Source: an uncultured delta proteobacterium
GTDB taxonomy: Bacteria > Myxococcota_A > Polyangia > Fen-1088
Assembly: GCA_963767925.1 (NCBI GenBank)
Contig: CAVYGB010000008.1
Location: 224,001 to 288,000, forward strand
DNA: 64,000 nucleotides
Direction: 5' to 3'
In this document: in pieces, positions 13,149-23,513 of the stretch
Numbering within the stretch: the stretch's first letter is position 1
How the letters are laid out: each line of letters begins with the position of its first letter
The notes under the pieces: generated by a model
The model's input: only the letters and a program-made list of their open reading frames with translations
Database searches by the model: none
Told to the model about the DNA's origin: nothing
Program-made: the position numbers and the translations under genes

Positions 13149-14504
13149 ATGTCCCACACCGTCCCCGATGTCGCCGGCTCGGCCCAGCTTCGCCGCACGC
13201 TCGGCCCGGTCAGCCTCTGGGGCCTCGGCGTCGGCTACGTGATCAGCGGGGAATACTTCGGGTGGAACCTGGGCCTACCTCTGGGAGGGACGTATGGAAT
13301 GATGGCAGCTACGCTCGCCATCAGCGTCCTCTATCTCACCTTTGTCTTCAGCTACGCAGAGCTGGCCTGCGCCGTCCCCCGCGCCGGCGGCGCCTTCGTC
13401 TATTGCACCCGGGGCCTGGGGCCCTTCTGGGGCTGTCTGGCCGGGCTGGTCCAGATCATCGAGTTCGTGTTCGCCCCCCCGGCGATCGCGATGGCCATCG
13501 GCGCCTACCTGGCCCAGCGCTGGAGCTCGGTCGATCCCCGGGCGGTCGCCATCGTGGCCTACTTCGCCTTCACCGCCCTCAACGCCTGGGGCGTCCGGCA
13601 GGCCGCGCTGTTCGAGCTGTTCGTCACCGTCCTGGCGGTGGCGGAGTTGCTCGTGTTCATGGGGGTGGTGGCGCCGGCGGTCGAGCTGGCCAACTTCCAC
13701 CGCGACCCCTTGCCCAACGGCTGGAGCGGGGCCTTCGCCTGTCTGCCCTTCGCGATCTGGTTCTATCTGGCGATCGAGGGGGTGGCCAACGCCGCCGAGG
13801 AGGCGCGCAACCCCCAGCGCGACGTGCCCCGGGGGTTCGGGGCCGCCATCTTCACCCTGCTGGTCCTCGCGCTCGGCGTCTTCTTCTGCGCGGTCGGCGT
13901 CGATGGCTGGCGCTCGGTGGTCTACGCGCCCGGCTCGTCCGAGCCGAGCGATGCCCCGCTGCCGCTCGCCCTGGCCCACGTCGTGGCCCGCGAATCGCCC
14001 CTCTACACCCTGCTGCTGGGGGTGGGCCTGCTCGGGCTCATCGCCTCGTTCCACGGGATCATCCTCGCCGCCGGGCGGGCCACCATGGAGTTCGGACGCT
14101 CCGGCTACGCGCCCCGGGTCCTGGGCCGCATCCACCCCCGCACCCACACCCCGGTCGTCGCGCTGCTGGCCAACATGCTGGTGGGGATCGTGGCGATCCT
14201 GTCGGGGCGCACGGCGGAGATCATCACGCTCTCCTGCTTCGGCGCGGTGTCGCTGTACCTGCTGGCCATGGCGGCGCTGTTCGCCCTGCGGCGGCGCGAG
14301 CCCGAGCTGGCCCGCCCGTTTCGCGCGCCCGGGTACCCCTGGTTCCCGGCGGTGGCGCTGGTGCTCTCGCTCGCCTCCCTCGTCGCCCTGGTGGTCTACA
14401 ACCCCGGTATCTCCGCGGTGTTTGCCGCGCTGCTGCTCGCGGGGGTGATCTTCTACTTCGCGCGGGTCCGGGGCCGGGTGGACCCCAGCTGGGCCAGCCG
14501 CTGA
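13149..14504 (+). CDS. eat: Ethanolamine permease (APC superfamily)
   Basis: LWGLGVGYVISGEYFGWN, IEFVFAPPAIA, PFAIWFYLAIEG, GLIASFHGII signatures. Confidence 0.88.
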   Translation: MSHTVPDVAGSAQLRRTLGPVSLWGLGVGYVISGEYFGWNLGLPLGGTYGMMAATLAISVLYLTFVFSYAELACAVPRAGGAFVYCTRGLGPFWGCLAGLVQIIEFVFAPPAIAMAIGAYLAQRWSSVDPRAVAIVAYFAFTALNAWGVRQAALFELFVTVLAVAELLVFMGVVAPAVELANFHRDPLPNGWSGAFACLPFAIWFYLAIEGVANAAEEARNPQRDVPRGFGAAIFTLLVLALGVFFCAVGVDGWRSVVYAPGSSEPSDAPLPLALAHVVARESPLYTLLLGVGLLGLIASFHGIILAAGRATMEFGRSGYAPRVLGRIHPRTHTPVVALLANMLVGIVAILSGRTAEIITLSCFGAVSLYLLAMAALFALRRREPELARPFRAPGYPWFPAVALVLSLASLVALVVYNPGISAVFAALLLAGVIFYFARVRGRVDPSWASR

Positions 14505-14621
14505 TCGCGCCGCCTCCGCCGCCGCACGCTGCGGCGCTGGTTTCGCGAGGGTGATGGAACTGTCCCATGACGGCAACGGAACGTCGTACGTTCTGTAACG
14601 AAACGGGACCGAAGGGAAACG

Positions 14622-16073
14622 ATGAAGCGGAACCGAGCGCGCGCCTTTCATCTTGTGTGGACCTTGGCGGGGGTGCTGGCGGTGGGCTGCGGGAAGGAGG
14701 ATCCGGCGGCTGACCCGGTCCTCGACGCCGCTGCCGATACCCCCGCCGCCCAGGTCGGTGGGGTCGGCGATGGTCCCCCGGCGGTGCGGGACCTGGCCCC
14801 CTACGAGCGGCTGGCCGCGCCGCCGCCGCCCACCGGCCACGGCTGGACGGTGCAGGAGGTGGGCGCGGGAGGGACCGGCAGCGGCCGCCTGCAGGTCGCC
14901 CCCCAGGGCGTCGTCCTGTTCGGTGGTGGGGCCGACATCGGCGGTGCGGCGGACTCCTTCGTGTTCGCCTTCCGGAAGATGAAGGGCGACGTCGAGATCC
15001 TGGCCCGCCCGCGCTTCGTCCAGCGGGCCGACGCCCGCTCGACCGCCGGGATCATGGTGCGGGCCGACGAGAACGACCCCGGGGCCGCCAGCGTCTACTT
15101 CGGCTTGCTGGCCGATCCGCTCATGGGGGGCCAGGTGGTCCACCGGGCTGCCCGCGGCCAGGTCAGCGTGGCGGCGCCCGCCGATCCCCAGGTGCGCAAC
15201 CAGTTCCTCCGGCTGCGCCGGGAGGGGCGCCGGTTCACCCTGGCCCGCAGCTCGGACCGCAGCGCCTGGGTCAAGATGGGCTCGGTCGAGATCGACATGC
15301 CCGAGGAGGTCGCCGTCGGCCTGGCCCTCAGCGCTCGCAGCAGCGCGGCCAGCGGCACGGTGGGGGACTTCGACTTCGTCCGCCTGCTCGGCACCAGCGC
15401 GGGCGCGCCCGGGGAGGCCTGGGAGCTCGACCCCCTCGGCCTCGCCGGTCCGCTCGCGACCGCGTCTCTCCAGGGGGGCGAGCTGACCATGAGCGCGGTG
15501 GGCGAGCCCTTCACCACGACCCTCGAGAACGGGGCCGCGCTGCTGGCCCCGCGCACGGTCGACAGCGGCAGCCTGAGCCTCACCGCCCGGGTCGAAGCCC
15601 TCGGCGACGGCAACACCCCGGGCGCCCGCCTCGCGCTCACCTTCCGGGAAGGCTTTCCGGGGCGGCTCGGCCCGACCGCCCGCAACGTCCTCATCAGCAT
15701 CTCGGCGGACGGCCTGCTGGCCTTCCAGCGGCGGGACCGTTCGACCAACTTCGATCCCGGCATGACCCGGACGGGGGTCGTCTTGCCGGTCTGGTTGCGC
15801 CTGACCCGCAGCGACGATCCGCTCAGCGGCCGGACCACGGTCAGCGGGCTCTATTCGATGGACGGCTCCACCTGGACGACCCTCGATGCCGTACCCTTCT
15901 CGATCCCCGACCCCACCATGGCCGGCGTCGTCTTCACCTCGGGGACCTCGGCCAGATACGCCAGCGCCCGGGCCACCGGCTTTGCTATCAGCACCGCGGC
16001 CATGCCGGCCGTCCCTCCCGACGCAGGCCCACCCACTGGCGGCGCCGACGCCGCGGGGGAGGTGGGACCGTGA
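14622..16073 (+). CDS. Lipoprotein with two concanavalin-like (DUF1349-like) beta-sandwich domains
   Basis: Lipobox LAVGC. GADIGGAADSFVFAF..GDVEILAR..AGIMVR..LRLRREG pattern repeated in degenerate form (PVWLRLTR..YSMDGSTW). Confidence 0.6.
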   Translation: MKRNRARAFHLVWTLAGVLAVGCGKEDPAADPVLDAAADTPAAQVGGVGDGPPAVRDLAPYERLAAPPPPTGHGWTVQEVGAGGTGSGRLQVAPQGVVLFGGGADIGGAADSFVFAFRKMKGDVEILARPRFVQRADARSTAGIMVRADENDPGAASVYFGLLADPLMGGQVVHRAARGQVSVAAPADPQVRNQFLRLRREGRRFTLARSSDRSAWVKMGSVEIDMPEEVAVGLALSARSSAASGTVGDFDFVRLLGTSAGAPGEAWELDPLGLAGPLATASLQGGELTMSAVGEPFTTTLENGAALLAPRTVDSGSLSLTARVEALGDGNTPGARLALTFREGFPGRLGPTARNVLISISADGLLAFQRRDRSTNFDPGMTRTGVVLPVWLRLTRSDDPLSGRTTVSGLYSMDGSTWTTLDAVPFSIPDPTMAGVVFTSGTSARYASARATGFAISTAAMPAVPPDAGPPTGGADAAGEVGP

Positions 16074-18397
16074 CCGGGCGGCCGAGGATCCGTCGCCTGC
16101 CGCGGCTGGTGGTGGCAGCCCCGGCGCTGGCCCTGGCCGGGCTGCTCGCCTGCGTGGACGGCGGCGACGCGCCCCCGCCGGTGTTCATCTCCGAGCTCAT
16201 GTACCACCCGGTCGAGGAACAGAGCCCGCAGGAGCACCACGAGTTCGTCGAGCTGCACAACCGGAGCGAGGCCGTCGTGGCGCTGGGCGGCTGGCGGCTG
16301 GCCGACGGGATCCGCTTCACCTTTCCGGCCGGTGCCACCCTCGGGCCCCGCGGCCACCTGGTGGTGGCCAAGAACCGGGGACAGCTCCTGGTTCTGACCA
16401 GCTACGGCCTGGACGGCGCCGCCGTGCTGGGCGACTACGACGGCGAGCTCGACAACGACGGCGAGCGGGTGGTCCTGCTCGACGCCAAGGGCGTGATCGT
16501 CGACGACGTGACCTACGACGACCGCTTCCCCTGGCCGGTGGGCGCCGACGGGCTGGGGGCGGGAGAGCGCTGGCTGTCGCCAGAGAAGCTCGGCGGAGCG
16601 CCCCTCGCCGCGCACCGCTTTTTCGGCCGCTCGCTGGAACGGGTGGCCTTCGGGCCGACCGGCGCCTCGGCGAGCAACTGGGAGGCCTCTCCCCTCGACG
16701 GCCCGACCCCGGGCCGGCCGCCGGTCGCGGGCGAGACGGCCCGGACGACGGTGGCCACCTTGCAGGCCGGTCAGCCCGGGGGCACCGGCGCCCGCATCGC
16801 CGCCAGCGAGCCGGTCCGCATCGCGGTGGGGTTCTTCGCCGACGCCGGTCCGCAGGCCCCCGCGATCGAATATTTCGTCGACGACTTCGAGCGCTCGGAC
16901 GAGCCGACAACCCGGGTGGCCCTGCTGCAGACCCGGACCAGCGAGGGGTTCGAAGCGATGTTGCCGCTTCAGAAGGAGAGGTCGGTGGTCCGTTACCGGG
17001 TGCTCGACACGCGGGACGGCCGCACCTCCGTCGTCTCGCCCCGCCCCTCGGACCCCGACGACTGGCATGCCTACTTCGTCGCGCCGCCCGGGGGCAACAC
17101 GCCCGCCTTCCACCTGTTCATCAGCACCGCGAACTGGGAGCGGATGTGGGATCACATGGAGCGCGGGCGGGTGCCCGGCCACGTCGGCGTGCAGGGCGGC
17201 GTCCCGGGGTTCTGCACCCCCAACCCTTACTGGAACGCCCGGGTGCCCGCCACTCTGGCCGTCGACGGCCAGGTCTACGAGATCCAGGTCCGCTACCAGG
17301 GCAGCACCGTGAGCCGCGCGGGCGGTCGGAACATCGACCGCCGGGCCTGGCCGATGGACGTCGCCGCGCCGGCCCGGCCGGCGGCGTTTCGCGTGCTGAG
17401 CTGGCGCGTGCACTTCCCCCGCCACAACCGCTACGAGAAGAAGGCGGCCTTCAACCTCAACAAGCTCATCGACGGCGCCTGTGGGTTCAGCTACGCGGTC
17501 GGCACCACCTTGTTCGAGCGGGCCGGCCTCCCGGCCGGCGAACCGGCCCACTACGTCCGCCTGTTCATCAACGGCGGCTACTACGGCTACATGCAGCGCA
17601 TGGAGCGGATCGACGAGGATCTCATCGAGCGCTTTTTCGGCAAGGACCACCCCATGGGTGATCTGTTCAAGTCCACCGGGGGGCGCTGGGACCAGGGACC
17701 GTTCGGCTGGGGTGACGCGCGCATCCTCGAGGACCACTGCGGCTACGGCGCCGCCGAGCGCTACGCCGCCACCTACGAGCGGGAGAGCCTCACCGACTGG
17801 AAACGGGGCTCTCCCGAGGTGCAGCAGCTCATCGAGGACCTGCACGCCGCCCGGGCCCAGGGCGTCCCGGCCATGCGGGCCTTCTTCGAGAAGAACTTCG
17901 ATGTGCCGATCCTGACCACCTACATGGCCATCCGGAACTGGCTCGGCCCCTGGGACGACTACTTTCACAACTACTACCTCTACCGGCGGACCGATGGGCG
18001 CTGGCTGTTCCTCCCGAACGACTTCGACGGGGAGATGGGCAACAACCCGCTCTCCTGGCACGACACCTCGTTCTTCAACGGGCGGGAGAACGATCGGTCC
18101 AACCGCAACAACTGGAGCAACTACCTCAAGGACGCCTACCTGCAGTCCTTCCGGGACGAGCTTGTCGGTCGCCTCGAGGAGCTGTCCCGGACGGTCCTTC
18201 ACCCCAGCCACGTCACCTCGGTGATCGACGAGGTGGCGGCCCGCTACGACGTGGCCGAGGCCAGGCAGGCGGCCAGCGTGTCGCTCAGCCCCATGATCCC
18301 CCTGTGCGGGAACGGCGACCCGCCCATGGTGGTCGAGCGGATGAAGACCTTCGCCCGCCTCCGCCACGAACGCATCCTCGACAAGCTGTTCGACTGA
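16070..18397 (+). CDS. Lamin-tail-domain + CotH kinase family lipoprotein
   Basis: Lipobox LLAC. LTD motifs ISELMYHP..EFVELHN..LDNDGE. CotH-like VRLFING.YYG..ERID, HNYYLY, W.FLPNDFD. GTGA overlap with the upstream gene. Confidence 0.8.
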   Translation: MTGRPRIRRLPRLVVAAPALALAGLLACVDGGDAPPPVFISELMYHPVEEQSPQEHHEFVELHNRSEAVVALGGWRLADGIRFTFPAGATLGPRGHLVVAKNRGQLLVLTSYGLDGAAVLGDYDGELDNDGERVVLLDAKGVIVDDVTYDDRFPWPVGADGLGAGERWLSPEKLGGAPLAAHRFFGRSLERVAFGPTGASASNWEASPLDGPTPGRPPVAGETARTTVATLQAGQPGGTGARIAASEPVRIAVGFFADAGPQAPAIEYFVDDFERSDEPTTRVALLQTRTSEGFEAMLPLQKERSVVRYRVLDTRDGRTSVVSPRPSDPDDWHAYFVAPPGGNTPAFHLFISTANWERMWDHMERGRVPGHVGVQGGVPGFCTPNPYWNARVPATLAVDGQVYEIQVRYQGSTVSRAGGRNIDRRAWPMDVAAPARPAAFRVLSWRVHFPRHNRYEKKAAFNLNKLIDGACGFSYAVGTTLFERAGLPAGEPAHYVRLFINGGYYGYMQRMERIDEDLIERFFGKDHPMGDLFKSTGGRWDQGPFGWGDARILEDHCGYGAAERYAATYERESLTDWKRGSPEVQQLIEDLHAARAQGVPAMRAFFEKNFDVPILTTYMAIRNWLGPWDDYFHNYYLYRRTDGRWLFLPNDFDGEMGNNPLSWHDTSFFNGRENDRSNRNNWSNYLKDAYLQSFRDELVGRLEELSRTVLHPSHVTSVIDEVAARYDVAEARQAASVSLSPMIPLCGNGDPPMVVERMKTFARLRHERILDKLFD

Positions 18398-18466
18398 TCC
18401 GGGCCGGCCGGGCATCCGGACCGCACCCGGCTTGCGCCCGGGCCGCCGCGTGGCACAGTGGGGCCC

Positions 18467-19423
18467 ATGCGCGCGGTGGTATTGCCCCGATTTGGCGGTC
18501 CCGAGGTCCTCGAGCTCCGGGAGCACCCGCGCCCCGAGCCGGGCCCCGGGCAGATCCGGGTCCGCGTGATGGCCTCGGCCACCAACCCCGTCGAGGCCAA
18601 GCTCCGGGCCAGCGGTACCTGGGCCGGCATCTCCTTGCCCGCCGTGATCGGCTACGACGCGGCCGGGGTGGTGGACGCCCCGGGACCCGGGGTGACCGAT
18701 CTCGCCATCGGGGACGAGGTCTATTTCACCCCGGAGATCTTCGGCAACCCGCACGGGACCCACGCCGAGTTCACCGTTGTGGCCGCCGCCATCGTCGCCC
18801 GCAAGCCGGCCAACCTCGACTTCGTCCAGGCGGCGGCCATCCCGCTGGCGGGGGGCAGCGCCTACGAGGCCGTGGTCCGCCGCCTCGCCGTGAGGCTGGG
18901 CGAGACGGTGCTGATCCACGGCGGCGCCGGCGGCGTCGGCTCCTTCGCCATCCAGATCGCGAAGGCGGTCGGCGCGCGCGTGCTGGCGACCGCCGGCCCG
19001 AAGAACCAGGACCTGCTCCGGCAGCTCGGCGCCGACGTCCCCATCGATTACAGCCGCCAGAGCTTCGCCGAGGTGGTGGCCCAGGAGACCGGGGGCCAGG
19101 GCGTCGACGCCACCTTCGACACGGTCGGCGGCGACCTGCTCGGCAAGAGCATCGCCGCCACCCGCCCCTTCGGCCGGCTCGCGACCATCCTCGGGCCCAG
19201 CGGGGACCTCTCCGCCCTCTACAGCCGCAACCAGACCCTGCATGGGGTGTTCCTCCTGCGCGAGCGCGCCCGCCTGGAGGCCCTGGCCCGCCTCGCCGAA
19301 CGCAAGCAGCTCCGCCCGATCATCGAGCAGACGCTCCCTCTCGAGCAGGTCGCCGAGGCCCACCGCCGCCTCGACTCCGGCCACGGCGGGGGCAAGATCG
19401 TCCTTCGCGTCTCACAACCCTGA
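18467..19423 (+). CDS. NADPH:quinone oxidoreductase-like MDR (zeta-crystallin family)
   Basis: FGGPEVL, GYDAAGVV, IHGGAGGVGSFAIQ, GKIVL; no Zn-binding Cys cluster. Confidence 0.9.
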   Translation: MRAVVLPRFGGPEVLELREHPRPEPGPGQIRVRVMASATNPVEAKLRASGTWAGISLPAVIGYDAAGVVDAPGPGVTDLAIGDEVYFTPEIFGNPHGTHAEFTVVAAAIVARKPANLDFVQAAAIPLAGGSAYEAVVRRLAVRLGETVLIHGGAGGVGSFAIQIAKAVGARVLATAGPKNQDLLRQLGADVPIDYSRQSFAEVVAQETGGQGVDATFDTVGGDLLGKSIAATRPFGRLATILGPSGDLSALYSRNQTLHGVFLLRERARLEALARLAERKQLRPIIEQTLPLEQVAEAHRRLDSGHGGGKIVLRVSQP

Positions 19424-19446
19424 CCGCCCGCAACGTTTGCGGGCGG
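19424..19446 (+). terminator. GC hairpin after oxidoreductase stop
   Basis: CCGCCCGCAA / TTGCGGGCGG 10-bp inverted repeat; no U tract. Confidence 0.45.
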
Positions 19447-19458
19447 GGGGCCGAGAAC

Positions 19459-19617
19459 GGGCACAGCGACACCCCGGGATCGACCATGTTCAGCGCCTCC
19501 TGGAACGCCGCCCACACCGTCGGCTGCGGCACCATCACCCCCGCCCAGAACTACGTCAGCGGCACGGTCAGCAGCGGCGGCGGCGAAGCCCGCATCTACT
19601 GCTTCGCTACCAACTAG
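19459..19617 (+). pseudogene. Orphan C-terminal fragment (52 aa) of the endostatin/C-type-lectin-like family
   Basis: GHSD..SWNAAHTVGC..GTVSSGGG..IYCFATN* aligns with the C-termini of the four paralogs. No N-terminal part. Followed by hairpin 19626-19649. Confidence 0.8.
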
Positions 19618-19863
19618 CTCGGTCAGCCCGGGGTTGGCGCACCCCGGGCCCTTCGACCTGCCAGGGCGCGGCGACTCCGGGCGCGTCAGGCCGAGATTCG
19701 ACGGGGTTGCCGCGGGGCCTCGCCGCGCTGGGCGCGCGGGGGAGGGGAGGGCACGGCTGACGCTGCGCTGGATGGGGCTGGCGGTGGACTTCGCGGCGGG
19801 CTCCGTCTTAAGGTCGGACCGGCTGCCGGGCGGCGTGCGCCGGGCAGAACAAGGAGGAGCGCC

Positions 19864-20556
19864 ATGAAGTTCACCAGCCTTTCTCTCGCCACGGTCGGCC
19901 TGCTGGCCCTCTCGGGCGGTGCCTGTGGCGAGGAGCCCGCCGGGTACGCCCCGCCCGCGATAAGTCCCCAGCGCAACCCGGTCATGACCTTCTTCGTGAC
20001 CAGCAAGAAGAACGTGACCGGCGACCTGGGCGGTCTGGAGGGGGCCGATCGGACGTGCCAGGAGCTGGCCGAAGCCTCCGGTGGCGTCGGCAAGACCTGG
20101 CGGGCCTACCTCAGCGCCGAACGCGGCGGCCCGGACGGCGGCCCCGTCCACGCCCGCGATCGGATCGGCGCCGGCCCCTGGAAGAACTACAACGGGCTCA
20201 CGGTGGCCAGCAACCTGGCCGAGCTGCACAGCCGCCTGGGCAGCGAGAACATCTTCCGCGACGAGCGGGCCCTGCGGATCAATGGCCAGTGGGCCGAGTC
20301 CCCCGGCCCCAACGAGCACGACATCCTCACCGGCAGCCAGCCCGACGGCACCGTCCTCGCCGGCAAGACCTGCGCCGACTGGACGTCCTCCGCGGCGGAC
20401 CTCAAGGCCCAGGTCGGTCACTCCGACGGGCTGGGCCCCATGATGGCCACCACCGGCACCTATACGAGCTGGAACTCCTCCCACGAAAACGCTGGCTGCA
20501 ACGACACCGCCCCCCGAGGCGGCGCCGGCCGCTTCTACTGCTTCGCCACCAACTGA
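19864..20556 (+). CDS. Endostatin/C-type-lectin-fold lipoprotein, paralog 1
   Basis: AAGGAGG RBS, lipobox GGAC. FFVTS, GGLEGAD..C, TWRAYLS, ARDRIG.GPW, HDILTGS, C.DWTS, VGHSD, SWN, FYCFA. Confidence 0.8.
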   Translation: MKFTSLSLATVGLLALSGGACGEEPAGYAPPAISPQRNPVMTFFVTSKKNVTGDLGGLEGADRTCQELAEASGGVGKTWRAYLSAERGGPDGGPVHARDRIGAGPWKNYNGLTVASNLAELHSRLGSENIFRDERALRINGQWAESPGPNEHDILTGSQPDGTVLAGKTCADWTSSAADLKAQVGHSDGLGPMMATTGTYTSWNSSHENAGCNDTAPRGGAGRFYCFATN

Positions 20557-20682
20557 CATCCCCCGCGACGCACCGGAGGCGAACCTCCAGCGCCCGTCGG
20601 GAGGTCCAGCCGGCGGAGGCCGTTAGCCTCGATGCCGGTGGTCACGCCGGTAGCCCAGCCAGCTCTTCCACAGAACGCCGCT

Positions 20683-20745
20683 CCCTCACCTCTCCCCGCG
20701 GTCTGCCGGGGGGAGAGGTCGGCGCGTCTGCGCGCCGGGTGAGGG
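20683..20745. repeat. REP/RIME-like palindromic element
   Basis: Outer CCCTCACC/GGTGAGGG, inner ACCTCTCCCC/GGGGAGAGGT and CGGCGCG-TCTG-CGCGCCG hairpins, between convergent genes. Confidence 0.6.
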
Positions 20746-20756
20746 GCGCTCGACCG

Positions 20757-23513
20757 CTAGTAGCGGAAGTTCAGGCCGAGGCGGATGCGGAAGGGGTCCA
20801 TCCAGCCGCGCTGCACGCCGAAGTCCTGGCGGTCGTTGGTGGCCACCGAGTTGGCGGTCCGCAGCGCCAGCAGGTTCAGCACGTCGACGTAGAAGTCGAG
20901 GGCCCGGCCGATGAGCGGCATCAGGTTCACGCGTCCCTGTACGTTCACCTCGAGCTGGTCGGGGAGGCGCAGCTCCCGGTCGTCGGTCGGATCGTTGATG
21001 TTGGTGCCGGGGTTGATGCCCCGGGGGGCCCGGTAGACGTCGTAGGTGGTCGTCTCGGGGTTGCGGAACAGGCGGTCGTAGGGGAAGCCCGAGGTGTAGA
21101 TGGTCCGGCTACCGAACGAGAGCCAGGGCGTCGCCTGGTAGCCGATCGCCGCCTTGATCGCGTGGCGGTGGTCGTCGGGCAGGTAGCCGTAGAGGAAGAC
21201 GTCGCGGCCGGGGATGTCACCCCAGGCGTTGTTCGTGCCACCGGCGACGGTCCCTTCCAGCTTGCTCCAGGTGTAAGAGACGTTGGCCTTGAAGCGGCCC
21301 TCGCGCTTGGTCAGGCCGAAGCTGACGCCGTCGTAGCTGCCGTTCCGCGCCGGCGGGCGTGCCGAGGTCGCTGATGGTCTCGGCCCGTCCGTTCCGGTAG
21401 GCCCCGGTGGGCTCGAGCCGGGTGCCCCCGGTGTTCCAGACGCGGTTCGGTCTCGTTGATCTCGTACTGGTTGTTGAACTTTCGGTGCACCAAATCGAGC
21501 GAAAGCGCGATGCCCGGCAGCACCTCCCGTTCGGCGCCCAGCGTGAGCTCGAGCGTGCGGGGCACCTTCAGCGCCTGGCGGCAGGGCTGACCGGCCTCGT
21601 CGAAGCCCGAGGGTCCGCAGGGCAAGCCGATGGTGTTGCGGGAGGCGCCGCCGCTGAACACGCAGTTGCTGTCGTAGGTCGTAGGTGGCGGCGTTCCACA
21701 GGCAGCGCTGCTGCGCCTGCCCGCCGATGGTGTGGCGGGCGACCGCGCCCGACGTCCAGGTCGACGTAGCTGCTGACGCTGCCCCGGATGGCGGTCCGGC
21801 CATCGTGGGTGGCGTCCCAGACCCCGGCCAGACCGGGCGCCCAGGTGCCGTTGTTGATGACGTCGTCGCCGGCGCTGTTGCCGGCCCGGGCGTAGACGTG
21901 CGACAGCGAGGGGGTCACGGTGAGGTGGCGGGTGGGGCGCCAGTTGTCCGAGAAGGTGAGCGACGTTCTTGGTCAACGTGTCGGTGCCGATGAACCAGCC
22001 GTAGCGGGGCTCTTCGTAGCGGGGATCGTTCGAGTAGTAGGTCGTCAGGGCCAGCGGCACGTTCCCGTTCAGCTCGAAGAGCTGGTCGCCCGGGCGCGAC
22101 TGCTTGCGGACCTCCTGCTCGGTGTAGTAGCGGTTCTTGATCTGCAAGTTGTGCTCGCCGAGGAGCTTGGCGGCCGACCAGCCACTCGAGCTGGTTGATG
22201 AACTGCAGGGCGTAGACGTCGGTGCGGGTGTGGTTGTTGTTGTTCTCCAGGCGCTGCTGGCGGGGGAACGTCTGCAGGACCGAGGGGATCTCGTCGCACA
22301 GCTCGGGTTCGGTGCGGCAGCGGGAGGGGTAGATGTGCTCGGGGATGTAGGTGCCGCCGACCTGGCTGCGGAAGATGAGGTCGTCACGCAGGACCGACTC
22401 CCAGATCAGGCCGAGGAAGATGCGCTGGGTGCGCCGGTCTTCCTGGGCCTCGGGCTCGATCGCCCACCCCGCCGAGGCGGTTGATCTCGTTGGGCAACTC
22501 GTAGTTGGTGATGGCCGAGAGCTTGTTCCGGCTGGTGGCCTGCCAGGTCAGCTTGATCGACCCCTTCTGGATGATCCGCTGGGCGGGCAGGGGGTCGGCG
22601 AAGATCCCTTCGATGTCCCGCTGGCGGCCGTCCTGGGTGATGTGGGTCTCGGTGTTGAAGAAGAACCAGAGCTTGTCCCGGATGATGGGGCCCGCGATGG
22701 TCGGGTTGATGACGTAGTAGAAGGTGTCGACGCTGGAGTCGCGCTGGTCGGGGAAGAAGCGGAGGGCGTTGCTGTCGGCGGTGGCGTTCAGCTCGAACTC
22801 GCAGCGGTTGGACCCCGAGCGGGTCACCAGGTTGAGCACGCCGCCCGAGGCGGTGGGGTTGTCGGCGCCGTAGCCGCGCGGTCTGGATCTCGAAGGCGGC
22901 CGAGGACTTCAGGCTGGGGGAGATGGTCTTGCCGGGAGGCCCCATGTCAAAGCCGTCCTGGGTGACGATGGTCTGGTTGGCCGCCCCGCCGCGCATGCGG
23001 TTGGCCACCGAGCCGGCCACCGAGCCGAGCATGTCGCGGTGGATGTTGTCCCGACCGCGGTGGGGCAGGGCCTCGACGAAGTCCGAGCTGAAGTCCTCGG
23101 TGACGTTGGCCCGCGTGGTGCTGACCAGCGGCGCCTTCTGCACGACCACCACCTCGTCGACCGTGGTCTGGACCTCCATGAGGAAGGTCAGCTCGGCCGG
23201 CGCGGTGATGCCGACCTGGACGTCCTTCTGCACCACCGGGTTGAGCTTGGCCGCCGTGGCCCGCACCTCGAAGTTCCCCGGGATCAGCGCCCGCATCCGG
23301 AAGGAGCCGCTCTCGTCGGTGTAGGTCGTCTTCGGCCCCGCCGATCTGGGTGCTCGAGGTGGCCGTCACCCGCACGCCGCTGATGGGATTTCCGGCCTGA
23401 TCGAGCACGTAGCCCATGATCGAACCCGAGTCACCGCCCTGGGCTCGAACCAGGCGTGGCGCCAGCAGCAAGACCAGCGCGGTCCCAAGGACCAATAAGC
23501 CAACTCTCTTCAT
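20757..23513 (-). CDS. Oar-like TonB-dependent outer membrane receptor, about 9 apparent frameshifts
   Basis: Signal peptide, carboxypeptidase-regulatory-like domain (GSIMGYVLDQAGNPISGVRVT), plug (ALPHRGRD, GGVLNLVTRSGSN), GPIIRDKLWFF, C-terminal RIRLGLNFRY. Frame changes near 23338, 22878, 22465, 22170, 21960, 21748, 21680, 21448 and 21338. Confidence 0.85.

Noticed and set aside
15851..19384. 1177-aa antisense ORF and many similar long overlapping ORFs
   Set aside because: Stop-poor shadow frames expected in very high-GC DNA; they show no recognisable domains.
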